Assembly (NCBI GenBank): GCA_018304545.1
Contig: JAGVVZ010000002.1
Location: 16,999 to 80,998 of the forward strand
DNA: 64,000 bases
Direction of reading: 5' to 3'
From: Candidatus Aenigmatarchaeota archaeon
Lineage (GTDB): Archaea; Aenigmatarchaeota; Aenigmatarchaeia; CG10238-14
This document shows positions 8,842 to 19,741 of this stretch, piece by piece. The position numbers and the translations under genes were made by a program. How positions within the stretch are numbered: position 1 is the stretch's first letter; each line of letters opens with the position of its first letter. The notes under the pieces are model-generated. The model made no database searches. It was not told the origin of the DNA and was given only the letters and a program-made list of their open reading frames with translations.

Positions 8842-10377
8842 CTATTTTCTGAAAAATCTAGCAAAAAAATTAATTATATTTTTTATTGCTTTTGATAACA
8901 GGCTCTGTTTTGTTTCAGAAGTTATAACTGTTTTAGAACTGTCGTTTAATATATGAGTAGAAATGTTTTCTTCTGTTGTCGATATATTTTCTTCTAATCG
9001 TAAATCATCAGTAAAATTTTTTTCAGTTTTAATTAATTTTGTAGAATTAAAATTGGGTATAAAAATTTCTAATTTGTTTACATCATTCAAACATGTTTCA
9101 AATTTACTTCGATCATTTGGATAACACGGTCTTAAATCATAATTCATTGCTTTAAGCAATATATAGTTAAATTCTTCTGAATTATTAACAACGTGATCTA
9201 CATCCAAAATGTATTTATATGCCAATCTTAAACCTTCAATTCCTCTCTTTTTAACAAAATCACGAATAATAAGTTCGCTAAATGCGTAACCAAAGTCTCT
9301 ATTATTGTCCTGATTCAGATTCCAAGTTTCTATAAAATTTTCATTATTTTTGTAGTAATTCCACAATTTCTCTCTATCGCCTTTTGATTTCAAAATAAAT
9401 TTATCGCCTTTGGTAGAATATATTATGCCACCACCAAAAATTTCTGGTTCTATATTGCCCAGTTGTTTATCTGCTAAATGTTCAACAAATTTACCCATAC
9501 CCTCATCAAACCATGAAATATTAGCTTCTTGCCAAGAAAAGACTTTAGAATTATAACCATGAATTGTCTCATGTATGATAATACTAGCATTATTTTCTGT
9601 TTTCATAGTTGATTCTTTAATAAGTATTAATCCTCCTGTTAAATGCGTGCCTGAACTCCAGGACTTTGCTATTTCGTTATATTTTTCATCTGATAATATC
9701 TTCACTGGAAAACGTTTGAATGGTAAATCTATGCCTGTAACAGATTGTATAATAGGATATAATTCATCTGCAGCTGATAAACTAAAATTATCAAAACCAA
9801 TATAATTGTTATAAAATTTTCCTTCAGAACTAAAAAACATTCTTAAATTTATTGGACCATAACCAATAAGCTCGGCATAACTATTTTCGTATTTTTCACT
9901 AAAGTTAAAACTAGCATGACCTGAAATTAAGCCATTTGTTTTAAAATTAACTATGGTAATTTCATTGCTTATACCGGGGAGCGACAAATCTACACTATAT
10001 ACAGGCTTAAATTTATCATCGACGACATTTTCAATCAAAAAATTAATAAAAACTTTTTTTGTGTTGGATCTGTCAGTATTAGTCAAAAAACGCAAATTAT
10101 TGCCATCTATAGAATAATCTTCTATTTCTCCTTTATCATCTTTTATATCCAATATTTTAGAATTATCTGGCAAGATCCAAAACACATCCCATCTAGTAAT
10201 CTTCTCTTCACTTGTCAATATTATTGTTGTATTGATTATAGAATCTCTACCAGAGAGAGAAATGTTATATACAGTAGTAGCGCTAACTAACCCAATAAAA
10301 AAATTAAAAATTAGTAGAGTTAGAATGTAGAATTTTGTCATATTTATCTCGAATTTTTTATTCCGATTTTCGGACAA
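8842..10377 (-). CDS. Secreted/membrane-anchored zinc metallopeptidase (HExxH), hypothetical
   Basis: 511 aa, N-terminal signal/TM, IIHETIHGY zinc-binding motif, C-terminal short repeat LEENISTTEENIST and hydrophobic tail. Confidence 0.4.
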   Translation of the reverse strand: MSENRNKKFEINMTKFYILTLLIFNFFIGLVSATTVYNISLSGRDSIINTTIILTSEEKITRWDVFWILPDNSKILDIKDDKGEIEDYSIDGNNLRFLTNTDRSNTKKVFINFLIENVVDDKFKPVYSVDLSLPGISNEITIVNFKTNGLISGHASFNFSEKYENSYAELIGYGPINLRMFFSSEGKFYNNYIGFDNFSLSAADELYPIIQSVTGIDLPFKRFPVKILSDEKYNEIAKSWSSGTHLTGGLILIKESTMKTENNASIIIHETIHGYNSKVFSWQEANISWFDEGMGKFVEHLADKQLGNIEPEIFGGGIIYSTKGDKFILKSKGDREKLWNYYKNNENFIETWNLNQDNNRDFGYAFSELIIRDFVKKRGIEGLRLAYKYILDVDHVVNNSEEFNYILLKAMNYDLRPCYPNDRSKFETCLNDVNKLEIFIPNFNSTKLIKTEKNFTDDLRLEENISTTEENISTHILNDSSKTVITSETKQSLLSKAIKNIINFFARFFRK

Positions 10378-11006
10378 TAATTATTAATTGGACATTTAGA
10401 ACAAAAAGGTGATACTGTTGTACAAATATTTTGACCCAAACGAACAAAAAGATCATTTAAATCAAGTCTGTTTTTTTTTGATATTATTTTCATCAATTCG
10501 TCCATTGTTTGGTCAGCATTTTTAGTTTTGACCCAACCTAATCTGTTCGTAATTACGTGAACATGTGAGTCTACAGGAATATAATGCGATTTATTATAGC
10601 CGTACACCATTACAATAGAGGCTGTTTTTTTGCCCACACCTTTAAGACTCATTAACTCTTCAAATTTATCTGGAACTTTCCCGTTATATTTCTCTAATAA
10701 AATCTTTGATATATCCTTTATTCTCCTTGCTTTGGTTTTATAATAATTAACTGATTTTATAATTTTTTCTAGTTTTTCTAATGATATATCCGCAATTTCT
10801 TCAGGTGTTTTGGCTATTTCGAATAATTTTTCCGATATGGGTCCTGTTATTTTATCCATGGTTCTGAGACTAAGAAGACAAGAAACTAATACCATAAACG
10901 GATCTCGTGTTTTTTCACTTATCTCTGTTGCTACAGGAGTTTCAAATTTTTTTAGTTTTTTTCCTAAAATAAACATAATTTTAGATATGTTTTCTGTATA
11001 ATTCAT
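10344..11006 (-). CDS. nth: Endonuclease III (HhH-GPD DNA glycosylase with [4Fe-4S])
   Basis: LKGVGKKTASIVMVY HhH-GPD motif and C-terminal C-x6-C-x2-C-x5-C cluster. Confidence 0.8.
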   Translation of the reverse strand: MNYTENISKIMFILGKKLKKFETPVATEISEKTRDPFMVLVSCLLSLRTMDKITGPISEKLFEIAKTPEEIADISLEKLEKIIKSVNYYKTKARRIKDISKILLEKYNGKVPDKFEELMSLKGVGKKTASIVMVYGYNKSHYIPVDSHVHVITNRLGWVKTKNADQTMDELMKIISKKNRLDLNDLFVRLGQNICTTVSPFCSKCPINNYCPKIGIKNSR

Positions 11007-11200
11007 ATTAAGAATTGAATGTGAACTAATTAAAAATTATTTTTAACCTATCAGCATACAAATAATGATCAAGAATTTCTAAAACCTATAATAACCTGTG
11101 TAAATGTATATTTCGTCAGTTAGAAGTAGAAAAGATAGCAGCATTAACATACTGAAAGATTATACAAAATCTTTTCTATTAAATAGTAAAATAATATATT

Positions 11201-12217
11201 ATGCAATTATTAAAAAGGTTGAGTGAAGCATTAGGCCCAAGCGGCTGTGAAACACAAGTCAGACAAATAATAAACCAAGAAATAAAACACTATGTTGATG
11301 AAATTTATGTAGATAAATTTGGGAATTTAATAGCACACAAAAAAGGTAATTCTCCAAAAGTGATGATAGTAGCTCATATGGATGAAATAGGCTTTATGAT
11401 AAAAAATATAGAAGATAATGGATTAATAAAATGTTCTAACATAGGAGAATCTGACCCATCTATATTTGTTGGAGAAAAGGTAAACATCAAAACAAAAGAA
11501 GGTTGGATAAAAGGTGTTATAACAACTAAAAAAGTCTGTGATGGAGAGAGACAAAAAAACAAAGTTGAGTTGACAGACATAGTAGTTGATACCGGATTAA
11601 ACAAAGAAGAATTAATAAAATTGGATGTAGAGATAGGATCATACACGTTCATAGAGAGGGAGTTCGGCTTTCTTGGATCTGAAGATTATATAACCGGTAA
11701 AGCTCTAGATGATAGGATAGGTTGTTATATAATATGTGAATTAGTTAAAAAGATAAAATACTTAAACGGAGACATATTTTTTGTTTTCACCGCTCAAGAA
11801 GAGGTTGGGTTATATGGAGCTACCACATCCACCTATAACATAAGACCTGATTGGTCCATAGTTATTGATGTAACTAATACAAACGAATTTTCCGAAAATC
11901 CGTCTATATACGTCGGCAAAGGACCCTGCATAACAATAAAGGATGCTTCTATGATAGGAAATAGATGTATAAATAATTGGATAACTGAAATAGCAAAAAA
12001 GAACAAAATACCAATACAATACGATGTGGGCGAATTAGGTACAACAGACGCATTGAACATATCGATTTCAAGAGGTGGTGTCCCTTCTGCTGTTTTGGGA
12101 GTTGCTATAAGAAATATACATACAACAATAGGTATAGCTAACAGGAAGGATATAGAAAATACGATAAAAATATTAGAATTACTGTTAAAAGACCCGCCTA
12201 AAGTTTGCCTTGTTTAG
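11201..12217 (+). CDS. M42-family (TET/FrvX) aminopeptidase
   Basis: 338 aa; MIVAHMDEIGFMIKNIEDNG and overall M42 architecture. Confidence 0.75.
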   Translation: MQLLKRLSEALGPSGCETQVRQIINQEIKHYVDEIYVDKFGNLIAHKKGNSPKVMIVAHMDEIGFMIKNIEDNGLIKCSNIGESDPSIFVGEKVNIKTKEGWIKGVITTKKVCDGERQKNKVELTDIVVDTGLNKEELIKLDVEIGSYTFIEREFGFLGSEDYITGKALDDRIGCYIICELVKKIKYLNGDIFFVFTAQEEVGLYGATTSTYNIRPDWSIVIDVTNTNEFSENPSIYVGKGPCITIKDASMIGNRCINNWITEIAKKNKIPIQYDVGELGTTDALNISISRGGVPSAVLGVAIRNIHTTIGIANRKDIENTIKILELLLKDPPKVCLV

Positions 12218-12293
12218 CTAGATATTTTATCATTTATTAAACATAATACAATACTTAATTAAACAATGTTCAAATATACTTAAGGTGAAATAA

Positions 12294-12530
12294 ATGGAAG
12301 TTATAATTTACTCTGCACCGTGGTGTGTATGGTGCAATAAAACAAAAGAATTTTTGAAACAAAACAAGATTGAATATAGAGATATAAATATAGAGGAGGA
12401 CAGGAAAGCCGCAGAAGAAATGATAAGAAAATCTGGACAAATGAGTATTCCTGTTATTGAAGTTGATGGAAAAATGATAATAGGTTTTGATAAAGAAGCT
12501 CTTAAAAGAGCGCTTAATTTAAAAGATTAA
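12294..12530 (+). CDS. Glutaredoxin-like small redox protein (CVWC active site)
   Basis: 78 aa, ..YSAPWCVWCNKTKEFL.. thioredoxin-fold N-terminus. Confidence 0.65.
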   Translation: MEVIIYSAPWCVWCNKTKEFLKQNKIEYRDINIEEDRKAAEEMIRKSGQMSIPVIEVDGKMIIGFDKEALKRALNLKD

Positions 12531-12645
12531 ACTAACAATAAAACTAATTTTACATGTATTTAACTTATTTAAACCAAAGTTAAAATATCAAAAATTTTAT
12601 CGTATACATGATAGTAAACTATATTACATAAACTCTTCGAAACTA

Positions 12646-13749
12646 TTGATTTATAATAGAGGTGAAAAAATGATTGGATTTGATGAATTTGGACCTGAAA
12701 AAATGATTGAGGTATATGATCCAAAAGTTAAAATGAATGGATTTTTAGTCATAGACAATACAGTTAATGGCCCAGGTAAAGGTGGGATAAGAATGACGCC
12801 ATCTGTTACAATGGAAGAAGTTCATAGACTGGCTAGAGCTATGACATGGAAAAACGCTTTAGCCGAATTGCCTTTTGGTGGAGCTAAATCTGGAATAATT
12901 TATAATAACAGTGCTAATAAACATATTCTAATAAAATCTTTTGCAAAATCAATTAAACAGTTCATACCTGATTCATATATAGCTGGACCTGATGTTAACA
13001 CTGGAGAAAATGAAATGGCTTTAATTGTGGAAGAATTAAAAAACAAAAAAGCATGCACAGGCAAACCAAAAAAAATGGGCGGGTTGCCACATGAATTGGG
13101 ATCAACGGGTTTTGGAGTAGCACATTCCACAATAGTAGCGATAGAACATCTTAATATGAACATAAACGACACGACAGTCGCCATAGAAGGTTTTGGTAAT
13201 GTCGGAACATTTACAATGAAATTTTTATCAGAATGGGGAGCAAAAATAATTGCTGTAAGTGACAGTAAAGGTGTTATATATAATGAAAATGGTTTAAGTT
13301 ACGAAGAACTAATAAAAATCAAGAATCAGACAAGCAGTGTTATAAATTATAAACCTGGCAGACTTTTATCAAACAAAGATATATTTGAATTAGATTTGGA
13401 TGTTTTGATACCATCTGCATTACCAGATGTAATCGACAAAAATAACGTAGGCAAAATTAAAGCAAAGATTATTGTAGAAGCGGCAAATATACCTATGACG
13501 GAAGAAATGGAAACGTTACTTTATAAAAAAAACGTGTTAATTGTACCAGATTTTGCTGCTAATGCTGGTGGTGTAATATCATCTTATGCAGAATATTCAG
13601 ATAAAGGAGAAGAAGAAATGTTCAGAATGATCGAAACTAAAATAACTAAGAATGTTAGGCTAGTTTTAGAAAATTCTAAGAATAAAAAAATAAAACCAAG
13701 AGATGCAGCATTAGAAATTGCGAAGGAAAGAGTCAAGAAAAATTATTAA
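12646..13749 (+). CDS. Glu/Leu/Phe/Val dehydrogenase-family amino-acid dehydrogenase (short form)
   Basis: ..PFGGAKSGIIY.. catalytic Lys region and GFGNVG NAD(P)-binding glycine motif; ~360 aa. Confidence 0.75.
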   Translation: MIYNRGEKMIGFDEFGPEKMIEVYDPKVKMNGFLVIDNTVNGPGKGGIRMTPSVTMEEVHRLARAMTWKNALAELPFGGAKSGIIYNNSANKHILIKSFAKSIKQFIPDSYIAGPDVNTGENEMALIVEELKNKKACTGKPKKMGGLPHELGSTGFGVAHSTIVAIEHLNMNINDTTVAIEGFGNVGTFTMKFLSEWGAKIIAVSDSKGVIYNENGLSYEELIKIKNQTSSVINYKPGRLLSNKDIFELDLDVLIPSALPDVIDKNNVGKIKAKIIVEAANIPMTEEMETLLYKKNVLIVPDFAANAGGVISSYAEYSDKGEEEMFRMIETKITKNVRLVLENSKNKKIKPRDAALEIAKERVKKNY

Positions 13750-13863
13750 TTGTTGATCAAGAAATACTATTTCATTAGGCTATACGCATAGTACTCCAAG
13801 TTATTATAAACAAAGGATTGTCTAATTTAATATTTAATGTCGTACTAATTATAGGTAGATTAC

Positions 13864-14547
13864 ATGAATGTTGCAATAGTAGGTAAAACAAATAAAAAAT
13901 GGATAATAAAAATTTTGAAGAGGCATAAATTTAATATAGTACAAAAAAAACCAGAAATAGTTATATCCAACGGAGGAGACGGAACAATACTTTATAGTGA
14001 AAGATTATATCCGGGTATACCTAAACTAACTATTAAAACAAGTAAGATATGCAGAAAGTGTGATTATACTCCGAAATATTTAGAAATTCTATTGGACAAA
14101 ATTAAAGAAGGTAAATATAAAATAAAAGAGATGATAAAACTAAAGGCCACAACAAAACAAAAAAAAATTGTGGCTCTGAATGAGATTAATATACATCATA
14201 AATTACCTACAAAAGCAATAAGATTTTATATAAAATTCGGAAAAAATAAAATCATAAACTTAATAGGCGATGGTGTTATAATAGCAACGCCTTTTGGCTC
14301 TACCGGTTATTACAAATCTGTTGGTGGAAAATTTTTCTCGGATGGAATAGGAATAGCTTTTAACAACCTGCATAATAAAAAAGAGATGTGTCATATTATT
14401 AATGAAAAAAATAAAATTGAGGTTGGCATAGATAGAGAAAACGCTTACATTATAAGCGACAATTATGAAAATTATATACAATTGAAACCAAAAGAAAAAG
14501 TTGTTATATGTGTAAATAGAACAAAAGCTAAATTTATTGAATTTTAA
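13864..14547 (+). CDS. ppnK: NAD(+) kinase
   Basis: GGDGTIL and GDGVIIATPFGSTGYYKSVGG motifs. Confidence 0.7.
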   Translation: MNVAIVGKTNKKWIIKILKRHKFNIVQKKPEIVISNGGDGTILYSERLYPGIPKLTIKTSKICRKCDYTPKYLEILLDKIKEGKYKIKEMIKLKATTKQKKIVALNEINIHHKLPTKAIRFYIKFGKNKIINLIGDGVIIATPFGSTGYYKSVGGKFFSDGIGIAFNNLHNKKEMCHIINEKNKIEVGIDRENAYIISDNYENYIQLKPKEKVVICVNRTKAKFIEF

Positions 14548-14555
14548 CTAATTAT

Positions 14556-14819
14556 ATGAGACAACACGTTCATTTATTTATTTCTGGCAAAGTTCAAGGA
14601 GTGAATTTTAGAAACTATACAAAAAATATCGCTTCTGATCTAAAATTTGTCGGATGAGTTAGAAACCTTAGCGATGGCAAAGTTGAAGTCGTAGCATATG
14701 GAGAAAAAGAAAAAATACAAACTCTATTAAAATTCTTAAAAATCGGCACTAGGTTTTCAAAAGTTAAAAAAATTGAAAGTCATAGAGAGGAATTTGGAAA
14801 TTTTAAGATAATATATTAA
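14556..14819 (+). pseudogene. Acylphosphatase reading frame interrupted by an in-frame TGA at the conserved Trp codon (pseudogene, error, or recoding)
   Basis: MRQHVHLFISGKVQGVNFRNYT...DLKFVG*VRNLSDGKVEVVAYG... The family motifs are GxVQGVxFR and G(W)VRN. The TGA at 14655-14657 replaces the Trp of GWVRN. The frame continues to TAA at 14817-14819. Confidence 0.6.
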
Positions 14820-15706
14820 TTTTTAGTTGTAATTATTGGTTTATCTTTCACAATTAATGTTTCTTCTGTCTGGGCAACATCTCCGTGCGCCTTTTCTCTT
14901 AAAGGTGGATACTCAACAATGATACCTTTAGTAACTAATTCTTTTAGTGCCATATGAAGACTAACCGGATTACAGGTATCTCTCAACCATCTTTTAGCAA
15001 ATGGCAAAGTTTTATAGTTTTCTACCACTTTCTTTAAAACAAATTTAGATTCTTTTAATCTTATTGCACCTAACTTCACAAACATATAAATTAAAGTTGG
15101 AGATGATTCAACAACCCATCCTTCGCCGTTAGTTGTGAAAACTTCCATAGCAATTACATCATCTTCTTTAAATTTGTATTGTAATGTTGACTTGTTATTA
15201 GGAATTGACAAATGACCATGTTGTGTATATTGATCTAATGAATGCCCTGCCAGATTTCTAACTGGATTAAATCCGTGACTAACAACGATTTCATCAACTA
15301 ACGTTGATAATTCTCCTATTGTTTTACCTGGCGATAATTCTTTAATAAAGGAATCTAATGCGTCTTGACTGGCCTTAATAAGTGGGTCTGAACTTTCACC
15401 TATCCTTACACATACAGAAGTATCTGCAATATAACCATCAACTTGAGTTCCCAAATCTAGTTTAACCAAATCACCAGTTTTTAACACAGTTTGGTCATCG
15501 AAATCTGGTGTACAATGAGCTGCCATATCATTTATTGATAAATTAACGGGGAATGCTAGATCAGCTTCTTTTTTTATAAAATTTTCAATATTTTCTACTA
15601 AATCAAGGGCCTTAGTATTGTCTTTAATTTCTTTTTTTGCTAAAATTTTAGCCCTAGCTGCAACGTCTCCTGATTTTTTGTATTTTTCTAACACTTCCTT
15701 TTCCAT
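14816..15706 (-). CDS. map: Methionine aminopeptidase, type 2 (archaeal)
   Basis: 296 aa; pita-bread fold motifs (..DLGTQVDGYIADT.., ..GHSL..) with the MetAP2-type insert. Confidence 0.85.
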   Translation of the reverse strand: MEKEVLEKYKKSGDVAARAKILAKKEIKDNTKALDLVENIENFIKKEADLAFPVNLSINDMAAHCTPDFDDQTVLKTGDLVKLDLGTQVDGYIADTSVCVRIGESSDPLIKASQDALDSFIKELSPGKTIGELSTLVDEIVVSHGFNPVRNLAGHSLDQYTQHGHLSIPNNKSTLQYKFKEDDVIAMEVFTTNGEGWVVESSPTLIYMFVKLGAIRLKESKFVLKKVVENYKTLPFAKRWLRDTCNPVSLHMALKELVTKGIIVEYPPLREKAHGDVAQTEETLIVKDKPIITTKN

Positions 15707-15944
15707 TTAATTCACTTTTTATTTTCTTAGAACTTCAAATATTTCAACATATTCTTTTGCAAATTTATTTCTATCAATTTCAAATTATTTGATATATTCT
15801 GTTTCCATATTCTATCGTTTGTATATTCATCCAACAAAATTCAATGTTATTATATATCACTTGAGTCAAAACTTGATAATTTTTCGTTGGTTACTAAGAT
15901 GTCTGTTCTAAAACTTTAAATATTCAAAGTAATCAATCTCATTC

Positions 15945-16394
15945 ATGATAGATAACAGAGATAAAATGTTAATAAGAGAGTTAGAAAAAAATTCAAAATT
16001 ATCAAGCAGAAAACTTGCAATGAAATCGGGTTTACCTATATCAACAACGCATAGAAGAGTAAAGATTTTAGAGAAAGAAGGTGTCATAAAGGGGTATAAG
16101 GCTATAGTTGATTATGAAAAAATTGGGAAACCTGTGGGTTTAATTTTATTAATAAATATAGCTGAAGATACACCAAAAGAAAGTTATGTTCCATTAAACA
16201 ACTTAAAAGAAGAATTGAAAAAATTTGATGAGATACATGAAATATTGGAAGTAAAAAGTGAAAAATGGGATTTGTTCATTAAAGCCAGATTAAACAATCT
16301 AAAGGATACGAATCCATTTCTAGAAAAAATGAGGAAAATAAAAGGTGTGGAAGAAGTTAATTCTATAATCATAACAGACGAGATAATAATTTAA
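15945..16394 (+). CDS. Lrp/AsnC-family transcriptional regulator
   Basis: N-terminal HTH (..KLSSRKLAMKSGLPISTTHRRVKILEKEGVIKGY..) plus RAM domain; 149 aa. Confidence 0.75.
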   Translation: MIDNRDKMLIRELEKNSKLSSRKLAMKSGLPISTTHRRVKILEKEGVIKGYKAIVDYEKIGKPVGLILLINIAEDTPKESYVPLNNLKEELKKFDEIHEILEVKSEKWDLFIKARLNNLKDTNPFLEKMRKIKGVEEVNSIIITDEIII

Positions 16395-18841
16395 CTATTT
16401 TTAAACCAACTGTCTAGTTTCGGTTGTGCTAAGCCTTTTAAAATAACATCTTCTGTTAATTCAAGAGCTCGAAGTACTCTCATAGCAGCTGGTAAAACTT
16501 GATTATTGATATAATACTCTGGATCATATTCATTATCCTTAACATCTTCAATATATTTTGCTCTATCAGAAATACTACCTTTACCTTTTGTAATTATATA
16601 TTGAATTATCATTCCTTCACTAATTAAATGACCTTTTTTTTTCATAGATAAGGCAACTTTAACATGCGGACCCATTTGTTTATATGAAGAAAGTGGCATA
16701 GTTAATTGAGTATATATTATAATATCATTTTTGTCAATTTTTCCTGATTTTATTTTGCTTATAGTTTCTCTCACTAAATCTATAGCTTTGTTTGAATTTT
16801 TTTCTTGAAGTATTATTCTCAAAACTTCATGTTGTATATTTTTAGCCAGATCACACCAATCCCTCCTAACAGTTTCAAATCCTCTAATCTCCATATTACC
16901 TTTGTAATCAATTAACGCATATCTTTTTTTGGCTCCTCTTTCTTCTCCGCTTTTAGAAACAAAAATACCACCCGCATAAATATCTCTAAATTCCAATTCT
17001 ATAATACCGGGCAACGACTTATTGATTTTGTCAAGCCATTTAATAAAAATGTCCTTTATATTATCCGTTTTTATTTCAGGTAAATTAATAAAACATGAAT
17101 CCGTATCTGAATAAATCACATTAAACCCGTTGGATTTTGCATCATTAATAACTTTGGTTATATAATATCTGCCATACGAGGCAACTGACTCGGCACATTC
17201 TCTGCAAAACCATCTCGCACCTGCATAACCAAGATATCCATAAGCCGCATTGCTAATTATTTTCAGCGAATATTGATAATTATCTATTTTTTTGTATTCA
17301 ACGCTATTTTTTTGAAACTTTTTCATTTTTTCTTTTATTTCAAATCTTTTTTTTATTATATTATTCAAAAATAAAGGTATGAAACCCTTTTTCTTTGAAC
17401 AGAAATTATAGTTTAGATTTGGCACTTTATTATCTTTACAACATTCACAACTCAAGGTTTCTGGAGAAATATTATGAGTAACTATGATGGTTGGATACAA
17501 AGATTTGAAATCAAAAACTATTATATTAGAATGTATACCTCTTTGTGGTTCAGTTACAATTCCGCCGATATATGGCAGTGATTCTTTTCTTTCTTCAATT
17601 TCTTCATACTTGGGTCTATTTGGAAGTAGTATTCCATTTTGAACAGCTTTTTGCGAAAAGAAATTTTCAACTAATTGTGAGTAATAATATCTACTAACGT
17701 CAAAAGGTAAAGAAAATATTAATCTTGACAAAGAAAATATTTGAGGTAATAGGTATTCTCCTAACATCAAAGTTAGTTCAGAATCTTTGAAAGAATATTC
17801 AATTAATTCGTTTAAATTTTCTTTATATTTCCATGCACTGTATATATCTTTCCATTTTAATTCTTTTTTTCCAACACCCAATAATTCTTTAGAAACGGCA
17901 TCAAGTGTTAATACTTCCGTTTTCATCGATGATGATAAAATGTGATCAACAAAATTATATAAATCTATATGAACTCTTCCATTGATAGATGCTGCGGACA
18001 ATCTACCTTTTCTAATAAATTTTAATGGTTCTTTGTCTTTTCCCAAAGTTAATTTTATTTTTAGTTTTTCAGATTTTTCTTTTAATTTTTTAAAATCGAA
18101 TCTATCTCCGTTATAAGTCAATATAAAATCGGGATCTTCTTTTTTTATTATTTCTATAAACTTCTCTATTATTTCTTTTTCGTTATTAACATATATTACA
18201 TTGTTTAATTTTTTATTTGAATTATGAGTTGTTATAACCGTTTTAAAATTATTATTACTGACTAAAGATATCATAATAATTTGTTCCATATTTTTTTCTT
18301 CTACAATTTCAATGTCAAAAGCAAGTATTTTAGGATTTACATCGAACGACTGATTTATTTTTTTTATTAATTCACTCTTAATACAATAATCCACTTGCAA
18401 ATTTGTCTTTATTTTTTTTCCTTTAATCTCTATCCAAGACATTGGTTCTATTTGTTTATCTAGTACAAAACGATAAGGAAATGATATGGAATATTCGTAC
18501 TCGTCTTCAACTCCATCCCAATTCTTTAAAACGTCTCTTATATTATCAACATCTCTTGGGTTCTCAATAGTTACTTTTATTGGTTTTATTTTCTTTCCAT
18601 AAAATTCTTTGTCGACTATTTCTATTTTTTTTATCCCAAATTGTTTTTTTACATCCCTATTTATTTTATCAATAATATGTTTGTTCTCGTCCTTTTTAGG
18701 AAGCACATAAAAATAAGGAAGAAAGGTGTGGTCTAAAACTAAAACGGATTTTCCTTTTTCATTCTTACAAAATAGTCTTATAACTCCTGAGTCGTTGTCT
18801 AAAAAATAGTCTATATCTAATATTACAAGTTTTTCTATCAC
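16391..18841 (-). CDS. polB: Family B DNA polymerase
   Basis: 816 aa; exonuclease motifs (FDIE, YNGDRFDF), polymerase motifs DFKSLYPTII and YSDTDS, C-terminal Cys cluster. Confidence 0.9.
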   Translation of the reverse strand: MIEKLVILDIDYFLDNDSGVIRLFCKNEKGKSVLVLDHTFLPYFYVLPKKDENKHIIDKINRDVKKQFGIKKIEIVDKEFYGKKIKPIKVTIENPRDVDNIRDVLKNWDGVEDEYEYSISFPYRFVLDKQIEPMSWIEIKGKKIKTNLQVDYCIKSELIKKINQSFDVNPKILAFDIEIVEEKNMEQIIMISLVSNNNFKTVITTHNSNKKLNNVIYVNNEKEIIEKFIEIIKKEDPDFILTYNGDRFDFKKLKEKSEKLKIKLTLGKDKEPLKFIRKGRLSAASINGRVHIDLYNFVDHILSSSMKTEVLTLDAVSKELLGVGKKELKWKDIYSAWKYKENLNELIEYSFKDSELTLMLGEYLLPQIFSLSRLIFSLPFDVSRYYYSQLVENFFSQKAVQNGILLPNRPKYEEIEERKESLPYIGGIVTEPQRGIHSNIIVFDFKSLYPTIIVTHNISPETLSCECCKDNKVPNLNYNFCSKKKGFIPLFLNNIIKKRFEIKEKMKKFQKNSVEYKKIDNYQYSLKIISNAAYGYLGYAGARWFCRECAESVASYGRYYITKVINDAKSNGFNVIYSDTDSCFINLPEIKTDNIKDIFIKWLDKINKSLPGIIELEFRDIYAGGIFVSKSGEERGAKKRYALIDYKGNMEIRGFETVRRDWCDLAKNIQHEVLRIILQEKNSNKAIDLVRETISKIKSGKIDKNDIIIYTQLTMPLSSYKQMGPHVKVALSMKKKGHLISEGMIIQYIITKGKGSISDRAKYIEDVKDNEYDPEYYINNQVLPAAMRVLRALELTEDVILKGLAQPKLDSWFKNS

Positions 18842-19347
18842 AATTTTAATTTACTTTTAACCGATTTAATAATATCAGAAACTTTTTTTCTGAATTTACT
18901 ATTACATTGGTAGACATAAAAAAGAAGGAATAAGCCAATTAGATCAATCGAAAACCAAATAAAACTATATTTAACACTAAACGGCTGGTGGGGAAAAGTA
19001 TAACCAATAAAGGGATAAAACCAAGGAATGAAATACGGTATATCTTCAAAAAGGTGCATTACAGATCCAAAAGCTAAAGAAAATGAAATGTCTTTTTTCT
19101 TTGTTATCACATAAGATGAAATAAAAATAAGACCTGACATAAACAAAGTGTGGCCTATATTTCTAGAATTTGGCAATACACCAATAATATTAAGTGGTTT
19201 ATCTATTATGTCGGGAATTTGTGATCCTATAACTGCAAAAATTATATTTAAGGACAGCAAATTTGCAAAAAACGCAGTAAATCCCACGTGTCCAAATGGA
19301 AACATACTAAAGCAATCACATTTGCAGTTATTAAAGATTGTATTCAT
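18838..19347 (-). CDS. Integral membrane protein, possibly a YdjM/DUF457-like membrane-bound metal-dependent hydrolase
   Basis: 169 aa, 4-5 TM helices. Translationally coupled (ATGA overlaps) between S10 and polB. Confidence 0.3.
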   Translation of the reverse strand: MNTIFNNCKCDCFSMFPFGHVGFTAFFANLLSLNIIFAVIGSQIPDIIDKPLNIIGVLPNSRNIGHTLFMSGLIFISSYVITKKKDISFSLAFGSVMHLFEDIPYFIPWFYPFIGYTFPHQPFSVKYSFIWFSIDLIGLFLLFYVYQCNSKFRKKVSDIIKSVKSKLKL

Positions 19348-19664
19348 TCTTGTAATTTCAAAGAAATGTGAATGTTTTGAGGTATCTGAACTCTTAAAAC
19401 TTGCCTTAGTGCTCTATCGTCAGCTTGCATGTCTATAACTCTTTTATGAATTCTCATTTCCCACCTATCAAAAGTCGCGTTACCGTGTCCCGTTCCATCA
19501 CCACAAGGAGTTTTCATTGTTGTCACTTTCAATTTTTTTGTAGGCAAAGGTATGGGACCTCTCCAGTCTACTCCAAATTTCTTTGCAATTCCTATTATTT
19601 CTATACAAATATCGTCTAACTCTTTTGAATTTCTGCCAGAGAGTTTTATTCTAGCCATTTGCAT
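19344..19664 (-). CDS. rps10: 30S ribosomal protein S10
   Basis: MQMARIKLSGRNSKELDDICIEIIGIAKKFGVDWRGPIPLPTKKLKVTT...RWEMRIHKRVIDM typical of S10. Confidence 0.85.
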   Translation of the reverse strand: MQMARIKLSGRNSKELDDICIEIIGIAKKFGVDWRGPIPLPTKKLKVTTMKTPCGDGTGHGNATFDRWEMRIHKRVIDMQADDRALRQVLRVQIPQNIHISLKLQE

Positions 19665-19741
19665 GTAACCACTTCATAATATGTGAAAAATGTATATTTA
19701 AATAGTTTTCTTGCTATCTTCGTGTGGAGAAAGAATCGAAA

